Source of the DNA: Candidatus Dojkabacteria bacterium
Lineage (GTDB): Bacteria; Patescibacteriota; Dojkabacteria; J137
DNA: 64,000 nt
Assembly (NCBI GenBank): GCA_040006935.1
Contig: JBDTVZ010000002.1
Span: forward strand, 208,174-272,173
Direction of reading: 5' to 3'
The notes beneath the pieces were generated by a model, which saw only the letters and a list, made by a program, of their open reading frames with translations, was not told the origin of the DNA and did no database searches. Shown here piece after piece: positions 28,447-37,915 of this stretch. Numbering within the stretch: position 1 is the stretch's first letter; every line of letters begins with the position of its first letter. The position numbers and the translations under genes are program-made.

Positions 28447-29004
28447 ATGGATGATATGTTTAAGGATAATCCAGATAATTTAATAGCTGGAACTTTTTCA
28501 ATTACAAGAAATGCCACAGAAAAAGAAAGAGGAGTTATTGAGAGAGTTGGCAGAGGCAGTTTTGATGTTTTATCTGCCAGAAACGAACTAGAAGAGCATG
28601 AGTTGTTATTAATCGAGTCGACTTCACCACTACAGCCGGGTCATTTGAACTATCAGATAATGAGAAAATCTTTGGACACGCAAGGGAAACCTTTAGAGTT
28701 TGACCCAAGCATTATTCATAGATACAATGTGTGGAATTTAATTTCAGAATCTTCAAATTTAACTCCTGAGAAAGCTAGAGAATTTGCTAGAAGTCGAGTT
28801 AAAACACCGGATCAGATTATAAATGAATTGCTTGAAAGTGATACTCCTCAAAATATTCCTGATGGGAAAAAATTGAGAGAGCAATACGAAAAAGATATTG
28901 AAAATTTAGCAGTTGTTATGGCAAATTGGCTCGCTACAATGACTTTTGAACTTCCCAGAGAAACGGGTAATAAACCAAGACGTAATCCATATGCTGGGCT
29001 TTAA
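28447..29004 (+). CDS. hypothetical protein
   Basis: 185 aa acidic cytoplasmic protein with no recognisable motif, followed by hairpin 29042-29060 and a T-run. Confidence 0.4.
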   Translation: MDDMFKDNPDNLIAGTFSITRNATEKERGVIERVGRGSFDVLSARNELEEHELLLIESTSPLQPGHLNYQIMRKSLDTQGKPLEFDPSIIHRYNVWNLISESSNLTPEKAREFARSRVKTPDQIINELLESDTPQNIPDGKKLREQYEKDIENLAVVMANWLATMTFELPRETGNKPRRNPYAGL

Positions 29005-29041
29005 AAAAGCTTGAGCTACTTGTGAATTTAGCATTTAAGAT

Positions 29042-29060
29042 AGGCTGTGTTACAGCCTAT
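29042..29060 (+). terminator. hairpin aggctgtgttacagcct + T-run after gene 28447..29004; identical hairpin at 22579-22597 after gatB
   Basis: 7-bp stem (aggctgt / acagcct) with GTT loop followed by atttcttttgg. Exact 19-mer duplicate at 22579. Confidence 0.45.
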
Positions 29061-29182
29061 TTCTTTTGGTGATGCGCGACCCCTTCGGGGTCGCGCAAGA
29101 ATAAACTGCCACTCCCTAGAGAAAAGTAACCCTCTTTTGAGAGAGGGCTAAAAGAGTATGGACAGTGTTAGTCGTAAATGAT

Positions 29183-30985
29183 CTAAACAAAATTTACAAT
29201 AGTTATTATCATCGGCTCTCTTTCTGTTTCTTTAAAAAGAAGATCTGATACTTTAATTGAAATTTCATCTTTAACTACTTGAACATCTTCTTTCATTAGT
29301 TGATTATAAGTTGCATCTACTAGAACGGAAATCTCTTTAATTAATTCCTGAGAATTTTTAACGTACACAAAACCTCTCGAAATTATTAACGGATCTCTTA
29401 CTAATTTTCTTTCTTTATTAACTAAAAGATCAATTACAACCACTCCATAACTTGCAAGTTGCTCTCTTTCTTTAAGAACTGCTGTTCCAACGTCACCAAC
29501 TCCAGAACCTGAAACTAATAGTGGTTCGCATGGGAATTTTTTAATTTCTTTAAATCCTTTAGCAGTATTTCCTTCAATTACACTGCCTCTTTTTGCAATT
29601 ATTATATTCCTCTCCTCTATTCCAACGCTTTTTGCTGTTTCTCCATGGGCTCTTAGGAAATATTGATAACCGTGAACAGGAATGAAAAATTTAGGTTTTA
29701 CTAAATTTAACATAATTTTTTGGTCTTCTTGGTAACCGTGACCAGAAGTATATAAATCTAAATCTTCGGATTGTTTTACTAATGCATTTTTTGACATAAT
29801 AGCATCTACAAGGTTTTGAACTGCTCTATCGTTTCCTGCAATTGTTCTTGAGGAAATTACTACTGTGTCTCCTCCTTGAATTTTTACTCCCTTGTAATCT
29901 GATGTTGCCATTTTTGTAAGTGCTGCATCAGTTTCTCCTTGAGCTCCAGTTGTTAAAATCATGATTTTATCTGGAGAAATATTATCTATTGTTTGTATTG
30001 GAACAATTAGATTAGCTGGCATTTTAATATATCCAATTTCTTGGGCAATTCTTAAGGTTTGCCTCATGGAAAATCCTGCAACTGCAACTTTTCTATTGTG
30101 TCTTTGTGCTATTTCTATAAGTTGGTAAAGTCTTCCAACAAGTCCTGCAAATGTTGCAACTATCACTCTTCCCTTTGCTTTTTCTACCATTTCTTCCAAT
30201 CCTTTTGCTACATCACTTTCAGAAATTGGATGCCCTTTTTTAAGTGAATTAGTTGAGTCTGATAAAAGTATATCTACTCCAAAATCTCCGATCTTTGCTA
30301 ATCTTGAATAATCAGCTACAGGTTCGTTAATTGGAGAGTTATCAAATTTGAAATCTCCCGTTTGAACAACTCTTCCTCCTGGAGTCTTGATGAATAATCC
30401 AACTGCTTGTGGAATACTGTGATTAACTCTGAAAAATGAGATGTCAAAATTATTAAATTTAATATTGCTATTCTCGTCTATAACATGAAGCTTGCCTTCC
30501 ATTGCAGCAAGCAGGTGATCATCTTCAAATTTTGCTTTAATAAGCTCAATTGTAAAGTGAGTTCCGTATAGATCTGGGAAATTTAGAGTTTTTAAGTGAT
30601 ACGGAAGTGCTCCAATGTGATCTAAGTGACCATGAGTAATGAAAATCCCCTTAAGATTTTTTATCTTGTTTTGTACATATGCAATATCTGGAACAACATG
30701 ATCAATTCCATAGTAGTCAAATTCTGAGAATGCTAAACCCATATCGACAACTATCATTTCGTTTCCTGATTCATAAACTGTGCAATTTATTCCAATTTCC
30801 TCTACTCCTCCAAGTGGAATTATTCTCAAATTTGTTGCTGGGACAATATCTTGATCGTCTCTAGCTGGTCGAAAATCCTTTTTAATAAAAGGTTTTCTTG
30901 TTTGTGGTTGTAACTTTCTGGGATTTGGTGCTTGAGGCTTTACATCTTGTCCTTGTACATTATCAACTCTGTTTTCTGTATTCAT
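29183..30985 (-). CDS. rnj: ribonuclease J (beta-CASP metallo-beta-lactamase RNase)
   Basis: IIPLGGVEEIGINCTVYESG and ITHGHLDHIGALPY (HxHxDH), with an N-terminal ~55 aa basic extension. Confidence 0.9.
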   Translation of the reverse strand: MNTENRVDNVQGQDVKPQAPNPRKLQPQTRKPFIKKDFRPARDDQDIVPATNLRIIPLGGVEEIGINCTVYESGNEMIVVDMGLAFSEFDYYGIDHVVPDIAYVQNKIKNLKGIFITHGHLDHIGALPYHLKTLNFPDLYGTHFTIELIKAKFEDDHLLAAMEGKLHVIDENSNIKFNNFDISFFRVNHSIPQAVGLFIKTPGGRVVQTGDFKFDNSPINEPVADYSRLAKIGDFGVDILLSDSTNSLKKGHPISESDVAKGLEEMVEKAKGRVIVATFAGLVGRLYQLIEIAQRHNRKVAVAGFSMRQTLRIAQEIGYIKMPANLIVPIQTIDNISPDKIMILTTGAQGETDAALTKMATSDYKGVKIQGGDTVVISSRTIAGNDRAVQNLVDAIMSKNALVKQSEDLDLYTSGHGYQEDQKIMLNLVKPKFFIPVHGYQYFLRAHGETAKSVGIEERNIIIAKRGSVIEGNTAKGFKEIKKFPCEPLLVSGSGVGDVGTAVLKEREQLASYGVVVIDLLVNKERKLVRDPLIISRGFVYVKNSQELIKEISVLVDATYNQLMKEDVQVVKDEISIKVSDLLFKETEREPMIITIVNFV

Positions 30986-31035
30986 AACTTAAATAATTAA
31001 ATATCATTAGTATTTTAGCATAGACATGTATTTAG

Positions 31036-31172
31036 TGTCATTGCGTGTTCGTCCCTCTCCTTTAGGAGAGGGGGACCGCACTAACACTAGTTTGATGATT
31101 AGCGATAATAACCCCACCGATCCTACGGATCTTCCTCCCCTTAATTTAAGGGGAGGTGGCGTTAGCCGGAGG
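31036..31172. repeat. GC-rich hairpin island (TGTCATTGCG core; CCCTCTCC-TTTA-GGAGAGGG; CCTCCCCTT-AATTT-AAGGGGAGG)
   Basis: Same CCCTCT(C)/GAGAGGG hairpin type at 5533-5553, 5630-5646, 12505-12545 and 29130-29147. Confidence 0.5.
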
Positions 31173-31174
31173 GG

Positions 31175-32164
31175 TTACTTAAGTTCCTGCTGAAATATTT
31201 TTGCCACAATATCCTCTAAATCTACTTCTGAAATATCCAAGTCATCAACTGGTAGATTTTGCAAAATCGCTGCAGCTACTTTGGTATGATCTTCTCTTGA
31301 AACTGATATTGTTCCCTTTAATCCATTTTTCTCAAAATCAATTACTTCTCCGTATTTTGATAGGTCTGATTTTGCTACTTTTGAATTAAATACAAGTTTC
31401 AGATATTTATCATTTGCATAATTTTTAGTCAATTCTATTAAAGATCCATCGTAAATTTTTTGACCATGATTAATTATTATTACTCTTTTACACAACTCTG
31501 CCACATCTTCCATATAGTGACTTGTTAATAGAATTGTTGTTTTACTTTCTTGGTTATATTGTTTAAAAAATTCTCGGATTTTCTTTTGTACAACTACATC
31601 TAAACCTATTGTAGGTTCATCTAGAAATAAAACCTTTGGATTATGAATAAGAGCTGCAATTAATTCGCACTTCATTCTTTGCCCTAATGATAACTTTCTC
31701 ACGGGAACTTTAAGAATATCTCCAACTTCTAAAAGTTTTGCTAGTTCATTAACTCTTTCTTTAAAAAATTTATCATCTATTTCGTAAATCTCTTTATTTA
31801 AAATAAATCCTTCCATTGCTGGAAGCTCCCACCATAGTTGTGACTTTTGTCCCATAACTAAGGAGATATTTTTTAGGAAATTTGATTCTCTCTCACTAGG
31901 TACAAATCCATCAACTCTAATTTCACCAGATGTTGGATGAAGAATTCCTGAGAGCATTTTTAATGTTGTAGTTTTACCTGCACCATTTGGCCCTATAAAT
32001 CCAACAAATTCACCTTCTTCGATTTCAAAATTTACATCGCTAACTGCTTTAATCTCAAAGAATTGTCTATTAAACATACTTTTTATGGTTCCCTTGAATC
32101 CCGGTTCTTTTTTGTATTGTTTAAAAGTCCTAGTAAGATTTTCTACCTTGATGATTGGTTTCAT
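31175..32164 (-). CDS. ABC transporter ATP-binding protein (ABC-2 exporter type)
   Basis: Walker A GPNGAGKTT, signature LSLGQRMK, Walker B LFLDEPTIGLD. Confidence 0.9.
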   Translation of the reverse strand: MKPIIKVENLTRTFKQYKKEPGFKGTIKSMFNRQFFEIKAVSDVNFEIEEGEFVGFIGPNGAGKTTTLKMLSGILHPTSGEIRVDGFVPSERESNFLKNISLVMGQKSQLWWELPAMEGFILNKEIYEIDDKFFKERVNELAKLLEVGDILKVPVRKLSLGQRMKCELIAALIHNPKVLFLDEPTIGLDVVVQKKIREFFKQYNQESKTTILLTSHYMEDVAELCKRVIIINHGQKIYDGSLIELTKNYANDKYLKLVFNSKVAKSDLSKYGEVIDFEKNGLKGTISVSREDHTKVAAAILQNLPVDDLDISEVDLEDIVAKIFQQELK

Positions 32165-32180
32165 AAATATAAATTAAAAA

Positions 32181-32981
32181 TTAACCTGCTCCTGAATATC
32201 TTTTTAAACCTTGGTTCCAAATAATTTTTGAAAGTAAGTAAAAGGATATTAAAACTATTAACCCTGCTAAGATTATTAGGAACATATTTTGAGATGACTT
32301 GAGTATCAACACTGGATAATAAGTAACAAACGCTATTGGTATAGCAAAGATGAAAACGAACTGTGCAGGACTTGGTAAAATTGAGATGGGAATTCTATTT
32401 AAATCCATGCTATTCATAACGATATCTCTAACTGATGATGCATCATCTGTAAAGAAATTTAATCCTGCAATGGATAGACTTAGAAAAAACATTGCTATTA
32501 CTCCAATCATGAATACAGTTATACAAAATATAATATCTAATAACCCTACTGCTCTTAAATCTCTTACACCAATAATTAGCAATGGAAGCACCGCAACAAA
32601 AAATGGTATGAACTGAGCAACAGATACACTTGCAAAAGATAAGAAGAACTTGAGGTTAAGAGGTTTAGTTAAGTACATATCTAACTCCCCTAAAACAGTT
32701 TTAGTTTGCAATTCTACGTGATTATCAAAATAGAAAATGAACATTGTGTAAGCAAATATCTGACCAAAAGCGAGAAGAAGAATCATGTCGTTTATACTCC
32801 AACCATCAAAACTATTTATTCGTTGAAATAAGAATTGCAAGGTAACAACTTGGGAAAAAGTCCATACAATATTACCTACTGCCGACATTAGTAAATTAAA
32901 TCTGTGGCTTCCTAGCTCTGCAACAGAGTTTTTGAAGAAAATTAAATATATTTTTGAATACTTAATTACCACTTGCTTCAT
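32181..32981 (-). CDS. ABC-2 family transporter permease
   Basis: 6-TM hydrophobic protein immediately upstream of the ATPase. It overlaps the next permease. Confidence 0.6.
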   Translation of the reverse strand: MKQVVIKYSKIYLIFFKNSVAELGSHRFNLLMSAVGNIVWTFSQVVTLQFLFQRINSFDGWSINDMILLLAFGQIFAYTMFIFYFDNHVELQTKTVLGELDMYLTKPLNLKFFLSFASVSVAQFIPFFVAVLPLLIIGVRDLRAVGLLDIIFCITVFMIGVIAMFFLSLSIAGLNFFTDDASSVRDIVMNSMDLNRIPISILPSPAQFVFIFAIPIAFVTYYPVLILKSSQNMFLIILAGLIVLISFYLLSKIIWNQGLKRYSGAG

Positions 32982-33741
32982 AAATATTTAGACCTTTATT
33001 GTAAGTAAATTTAGCTATAAAGAAAAATATAATTGTCCAAGTAATTAATATAAACATACCTTTCGATATATCCTGGGATGAGATTCCTCCTTGATAAATT
33101 AAAATTTGAAAATTACCTAAATAATTTACTGGTGTAAGAGAAATAATATCTTGCAGCTGCTTAGGGAATAAATACAAAGGAATATACTTTCCAATCATTA
33201 CGCTTAACATAAGGCTTATTACTTTCTGTAGTTGAGAAATCTCATTTACCCAAAAAGATAAAGACCCTATTATTGTTACAAATAGGTTCCAAAGAATAAT
33301 ACAGAAAATACTAGAAATGAAGAATAAAATTAGATGGACAAGCGAAGCTGGTGCAGCAAAGTCTGGTCGGATAAACGCAAGGACTATAAAAAGAATTATT
33401 GGTACGATAATTCTAGCTATTGTAGTAATTCCTATTTTTACCCAAACAGAAAATATGTAATTAAACGGTTTTAATAAATATGAATTCAATTCTCCTCTTC
33501 TGATATCTTTACTTATTTGTCTTGATATTCTACCTGTACAAAAAATATCAAAGATTAAATAAAATAAGAAAAAGTATATGAATAGTTTTTGCATCTCCTG
33601 GTCTGTTTTCTGAGTAATACTCCATAGTGCAAAGACAATGAATAGCTGAAAAAGTCGGGCAAACCATCCGAATAACATATCCGAACGGTAGGCTCCTATC
33701 TGGCTGAAATTAATTTTTATAAGGTATAAATATTTTTTCAT
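32962..33741 (-). CDS. ABC-2 family transporter permease (second subunit)
   Basis: Polytopic. The start is set at the internal MKKYLYL; the ORF extends to 33840. Confidence 0.55.
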   Translation of the reverse strand: MKKYLYLIKINFSQIGAYRSDMLFGWFARLFQLFIVFALWSITQKTDQEMQKLFIYFFLFYLIFDIFCTGRISRQISKDIRRGELNSYLLKPFNYIFSVWVKIGITTIARIIVPIILFIVLAFIRPDFAAPASLVHLILFFISSIFCIILWNLFVTIIGSLSFWVNEISQLQKVISLMLSVMIGKYIPLYLFPKQLQDIISLTPVNYLGNFQILIYQGGISSQDISKGMFILITWTIIFFFIAKFTYNKGLNIYEASGN

Positions 33742-33863
33742 GGTAAAAATAATCCCGATAGATCGGGATAAAAATGAAAAATTTAAAAGAGCGTTTAAAT
33801 TCAAACCTCTGTTTGGGAAAGCATTTAATTGTACCAGCAAAGGTTTTACTAATCAAGAAAATT

Positions 33864-34808
33864 CTAAATTAATCCTATTATTTTAAGAAGAATGACTAAC
33901 CCTACAATCATTAATGAAAAGATCACAACAATAAATATTGTTTCCAAATACTTTTTCTTTGAACTCACTCTCTTGAGTTTCCCAATTTCAGGAAGGGCAT
34001 TTGATAATGGCTTCTCATCTGTAAATTCTTTTGGGGAACTTGCTAATGATTGAACTTTAGAAATATTAGTACGATACTCAATTTTTCTTAATTTACTTCC
34101 AAAAGTTCCATGGTAAAAAACTAATCCTGTAGAACTCATATTTTCTATAATATAGTTCTTAATTGCTTCATCTCCACCTTCAAACTCAGCTAATGTCGCT
34201 CCATGTAGTAAATTCAAATCTATAGAATTAAATTGATTTGTTTCGCAAACTAGCCAAAGAGTGTTTTTACTTATCATTCCAAGCATATAGATTGGACTCT
34301 GGTGAAGGAATTTTAAATCTGCTGACGAAAAGAAAGTATAGATTTCTTTACTATCTGCGACCCGAGATTTAGGATGAGTGTGAACAATAAATACTGGACC
34401 AAAATAACTATCTGCTTCTAGCACCGACCGTTTGATTTTTGAAGATACTTCTTTTTCTCCAATACTAAATTTTACGAAGAGATTGTCTCCTTCGGGTTTG
34501 AGAACCGGTTTTGAAATTCTCAACTCAGGAACAACGCTGTTGTAATCCCCTGCTTTTGGTTTGCTAAAAAAGAGCTCTCCTCCTAAATAAACTGCAGTTT
34601 CTGAATATTCCCACCCAGTAGAACCATTTCTAATAGTTCCAATTCCAAAAGTTTTCTCTTTAGTATAATATTCTAAATATTTGAGTTCTTTTAGTACCTG
34701 ATCAGTTAAGAAGATTGAGTCCGGCCAATCACTACTTTTAGGTCTGTAGGATTTACTTTTCCATTCTAGGGCAAGCTTGCTTAGTTGTGTGAGGTAAAAT
34801 TCTGACAT
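33864..34808 (-). CDS. hypothetical C-terminally membrane-anchored protein
   Basis: Single C-terminal TM (IFIVVIFSLMIVGLVILLKIIGLI). Contains FIVHTHP...SSAD (HxH...SxxD-like), which is not canonical JAMM. Confidence 0.4.
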   Translation of the reverse strand: MSEFYLTQLSKLALEWKSKSYRPKSSDWPDSIFLTDQVLKELKYLEYYTKEKTFGIGTIRNGSTGWEYSETAVYLGGELFFSKPKAGDYNSVVPELRISKPVLKPEGDNLFVKFSIGEKEVSSKIKRSVLEADSYFGPVFIVHTHPKSRVADSKEIYTFFSSADLKFLHQSPIYMLGMISKNTLWLVCETNQFNSIDLNLLHGATLAEFEGGDEAIKNYIIENMSSTGLVFYHGTFGSKLRKIEYRTNISKVQSLASSPKEFTDEKPLSNALPEIGKLKRVSSKKKYLETIFIVVIFSLMIVGLVILLKIIGLI

Positions 34809-34945
34809 GATTTTAGTGTAACTATTTCAGTGTATCACGAGCTATGAGCAATGAACGATGAAATCTCTTCACTCTTAGCTTATCTCTCGAAATTAATGGT
34901 AATATTTCGTACATGAAAAAGTATTTTCATTATTCAATGAAATAA

Positions 34946-36355
34946 ATGTTCGACCTAGGTAATATAAAAAGAATAGATAGCTCTCTACTAGTCATAATAG
35001 TACTTTTGAGTATTATTGGCGGAGTTATCGTTTTTGCTGCGACTTATTTTCCAAACAAAGTACCCTCACAATTTTTTTACAATCAAATATTATTTTATAT
35101 TATTGGTATTTTAATCTTTTTTATAACTTCGACTTTTGATTATTCTAAATTAAAAAATAAATATATTATCTTTGGAATTTTTTTAATTACAGTTGCACTC
35201 TTAATTGGAGTTTTAATTTTTGGAGATTATGCCTTCGAGGCAAAGAGATGGATTGTGGTTGGTCCATTTACGATTCAACCATCAGAATTTTCTAAGCTTA
35301 GTATTATTTTAATTACTTCATTTTGTTTTGTAAAAGCAGATATAAAAAGGTTCGAGGCGATTAAAAATATTTATAAACTCAAAGGGAAATCTATGTGGCA
35401 GAACTTACTCGTTATAACTTCCAATAAACAATTCACTCGAATTCTTGTAAGCGTGATCAGTTTAGTTACAATTGTTCTTTTAATTATTCAGCAGAAATCT
35501 TTAGGCAATTCGGTAATTATTACTTTAATATTTCTTTCACTTGTTTATTTTGCTTTTGATATTTCATTAAAAACACTTATATATTTTCTTATTGCTGGAA
35601 TTGTTTTTAATTTGAGTTTTCACTTTATAAGTTTAGAAAATATTCAGAATAGCTTAGGACTTACAGAAATTCATTTTGATATTTCACTTTGGATTTTAAG
35701 TATTATTGGAATTATTATTTTGAAAAGAAAATTTAAATTAAAGATACTCATTACACTAATTATTGTTTCCATTATTATTCCAAGCAGTATTTTTTTTAAT
35801 TTTATTTATAATAATATTCTTTTGCCGTATCAAAGGAATAGAATTGAGACTTTTTTAAAACCAGAATCTAATGAATCCTTAAGTGATGATTATAATAGAA
35901 ACCAGGCTGTACTTGCTGTTGGCAGTGGTGGAATTGTTGGTAGAGGATTTTTGAATGGTAATGTTACAAATTTAGGATTACTTCCTTTTGCTTTCACTGA
36001 TTTTGCTTTTGCGTCCTTTGCGGAGCAATTTGGATTTTTAGGAAGTTTATTTTTATTTTCACTTTTCTTCTTTTTGATATTCAAGATATTATCCATTGCG
36101 AGAAATACGAGAAATAGATTTGGAATGTTAATTTGCAGCGGAGTAGCAGTAATGATATGCTTGAATACTTTCCAACACATTGGAATGAATTTAGGGATTT
36201 TACCAATTACGGGAGTTCCACTTCCTTTTATTAGTTATGGGGGAAGTTCAGTTCTAACAGTGTTTTTAGGATTAGGATTAGTATCCTCAGTGCAAATAAA
36301 AGCTGAAACAGAAGAGGAGGACGTAGTAAATATTAAAAACGAGATGATAAATTAG
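34946..36355 (+). CDS. SEDS-family peptidoglycan glycosyltransferase (FtsW/RodA)
   Basis: LPITGVPLPFISYGGSSVLT is the hallmark C-terminal motif. About 10 TM. Confidence 0.85.
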   Translation: MFDLGNIKRIDSSLLVIIVLLSIIGGVIVFAATYFPNKVPSQFFYNQILFYIIGILIFFITSTFDYSKLKNKYIIFGIFLITVALLIGVLIFGDYAFEAKRWIVVGPFTIQPSEFSKLSIILITSFCFVKADIKRFEAIKNIYKLKGKSMWQNLLVITSNKQFTRILVSVISLVTIVLLIIQQKSLGNSVIITLIFLSLVYFAFDISLKTLIYFLIAGIVFNLSFHFISLENIQNSLGLTEIHFDISLWILSIIGIIILKRKFKLKILITLIIVSIIIPSSIFFNFIYNNILLPYQRNRIETFLKPESNESLSDDYNRNQAVLAVGSGGIVGRGFLNGNVTNLGLLPFAFTDFAFASFAEQFGFLGSLFLFSLFFFLIFKILSIARNTRNRFGMLICSGVAVMICLNTFQHIGMNLGILPITGVPLPFISYGGSSVLTVFLGLGLVSSVQIKAETEEEDVVNIKNEMIN

Positions 36356-36372
36356 TTTTTTAATTTTATTTT

Positions 36373-37443
36373 ATGAAAGTAATAATCTTTGCTGGTGGAA
36401 CTGGAAAAAGATTTTGGCCAGTAAGTAGAATAGATTCACCTAAACAGTTTTTACCTATTATTGAAGAGACACCATTAGTTCGATTAGCCTTCGAGAGATT
36501 AAATAAACAATTTAAACCAGAGGATGTCTTTATTAGTACAGGAAAAAAATATGAAACTGAGGTAAAAAGCATTTTACATGAACTTCCTGATGAAAATTTT
36601 ATCTTAGAGAAAGAGATGAGAGATACGGGACCAGCAGTGGCATTAGCTGTTACATATGTAAGTAGTAAATTCCCAGATGAAGTGATTGCTGTCTTATGGT
36701 CTGACCATCTAGTAAAAGACCCTGACACCTTCCTAGAGTGTTTGTTGAAATCTGAGGAAAATGTTAAATCTCAAAATAAGATTGTGTTTATAACAGTTCC
36801 TGCTAGATTTCCTTCACCGCACAGAGGCTATATAAAATTTAACGAAGATATTAAAAAATATAGCGACAAAATTATTCTTAAGGAATTTAATAAGTTTGTA
36901 GAAAAACCAACCGTGGAACTTGCTGAAGAATATATCAAGGATGGTCATTATGGATGGAATCCTGGGTATTGGGTAGCGTATGGAAAAGATTTTTTAAATA
37001 TCACAGCTAGGAAAAGGCCGGAATATATTGAAGTCAGCAAAGAGATAACAGATTCTAATTTTAAATCGGGTTGGGATAAATTTTCAAATTTAGAAAAGAT
37101 TTCTGCTGATTATGCTTTTGCAGAGTTAGTACAGTCTGATGAAGCACTATGTATGTATTCGGATTTTGGATGGAGTGACGTGGGTGAATGGATTGCTCTT
37201 AAAGAATCTTTAGAAGAAAGTGAAGAAGCAAACGTTATTAAAGGAAATGTGTTTGATATGGGTTCCAGAGATTCTATAATTCATAATTATGAAGAAAAAA
37301 AATTAGTATCAACAATAAATTTAGATGGGTTTGTTGTCGTTAATACAAAAGACGTAGTTGCGATTTTCAAGAAGACTGATAATACAAAAATTAAAGAGTA
37401 TTTGAAAAAACTTGAAGAAGCAGGTTTGACTGAGTATTTATAA
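36373..37443 (+). CDS. sugar-phosphate nucleotidyltransferase (mannose-1-phosphate guanylyltransferase-like)
   Basis: MKVIIFAGGTGKRFWPVSRIDSPKQF is the GxGxR NTP-transferase N-terminus. Confidence 0.75.
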   Translation: MKVIIFAGGTGKRFWPVSRIDSPKQFLPIIEETPLVRLAFERLNKQFKPEDVFISTGKKYETEVKSILHELPDENFILEKEMRDTGPAVALAVTYVSSKFPDEVIAVLWSDHLVKDPDTFLECLLKSEENVKSQNKIVFITVPARFPSPHRGYIKFNEDIKKYSDKIILKEFNKFVEKPTVELAEEYIKDGHYGWNPGYWVAYGKDFLNITARKRPEYIEVSKEITDSNFKSGWDKFSNLEKISADYAFAELVQSDEALCMYSDFGWSDVGEWIALKESLEESEEANVIKGNVFDMGSRDSIIHNYEEKKLVSTINLDGFVVVNTKDVVAIFKKTDNTKIKEYLKKLEEAGLTEYL

Positions 37444-37459
37444 TGACTTTACCACCTCA

Positions 37460-37723
37460 TTTACTCTTTAGGCAGTTAGAGTTTTGTGGGGTTAGATCAA
37501 AGATTTATCTGGCATTCTGTGCAGTGGACCAAATTTGCCTAAAATATGCGATGTCATTGCGAGGAAATCCCGAGAATCGGGACGACGTTGTACGCAAATA
37601 CTTCATCGAGAAGTTTTCGATATTTCTGCTACTTTGAGAGTTAGCTTCGGAGTCTATAATTCTTCGGAGGATATTACGTCTTTTATTGAGAAGTTGAAAG
37701 AGGCGGTTAACATGTACTCTTGA
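37460..37723 (+). pseudogene. decayed 3' remnant of a cysteine desulfurase (SufS/NifS class V aminotransferase) gene, frameshifted and interrupted by a repeat unit
   Basis: Frame +3 reads ...ATLRVSFGVYNSSEDITSFIEKLKEAV, close to the conserved desulfurase C-terminus (RASF.iYNT.eEid.l...L). Frame +1 upstream has degraded GVRS..CA..Q resembling the catalytic RTGHHCAQP loop. A repeat unit ATGTCATTGCGAG..TCCCGAGAATCGGGA sits between the two frames. Confidence 0.4.
37548..37595. repeat. repeat unit ATGTCATTGCGAG + hairpin TCCCGAGAATCGGGA
   Basis: Core TGTCATTGCG recurs at 31036-31045, 18491-18500 (reverse complement) and 37903-37912 (reverse complement). Confidence 0.55.
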
Positions 37724-37860
37724 TGTCACCAATCTTTTATTGTGTCATCTCGAGCGAAGTCGAGAGATCTTCAACCTCTATTCTGGCATTATTTATTAAG
37801 TGGTTAAAGATTTCTCCATTCGTCGCTTAGGCTCCTCAGTCGAAATGACACAATGTTGAG

Positions 37861-37913
37861 ATGTTGTCATGGTGAGGTTCCCTTGCCTGACGGCAGGCAG
37901 GTCGCAATGACAT
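37861..37913. repeat. composite repeat unit: GTCATGGTGAGG + CCTTGCCTGACGGCAGGCAGG palindrome + TCGCAATGACAT
   Basis: gtcatggtgagg also at 28103-28114. cctgcctgc[c/t]gtcaggcaagg also at 12518-12538. atgacacaatg at 37845 and 28165. Confidence 0.55.
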
Positions 37914-37915
37914 TT

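Noticed and set aside
33864-34808. JAMM/MPN deubiquitinase-type metalloprotease
   Set aside because: The HTHP...SSAD spacing (15 residues between the second His and Ser) does not fit the HxHx7Sx2D JAMM signature, and no upstream Glu is obvious.
37443-37732. Three overlapping ORFs (37443-37637 +, 37535-37723 +, 37505-37732 -) called in the ORF track
   Set aside because: They lie in a GC-rich repeat mosaic and overlap one another. The only homology signal is a frameshifted fragment of a cysteine desulfurase C-terminus, so they are treated as a pseudogene remnant plus artefacts, not genes.
5520-37915. tRNA, tmRNA, SRP RNA or RNase P RNA hidden in the GC-rich islands
   Set aside because: No cloverleaf with GTTCRANYC T-loop, no GGAAGGAAGCAG SRP helix-8, no GGAAAGTCCGGGCTC RNase P P4, and no tag-peptide plus CCA-type 3' end was seen in any island. 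The islands are explained by the palindromic repeat family.
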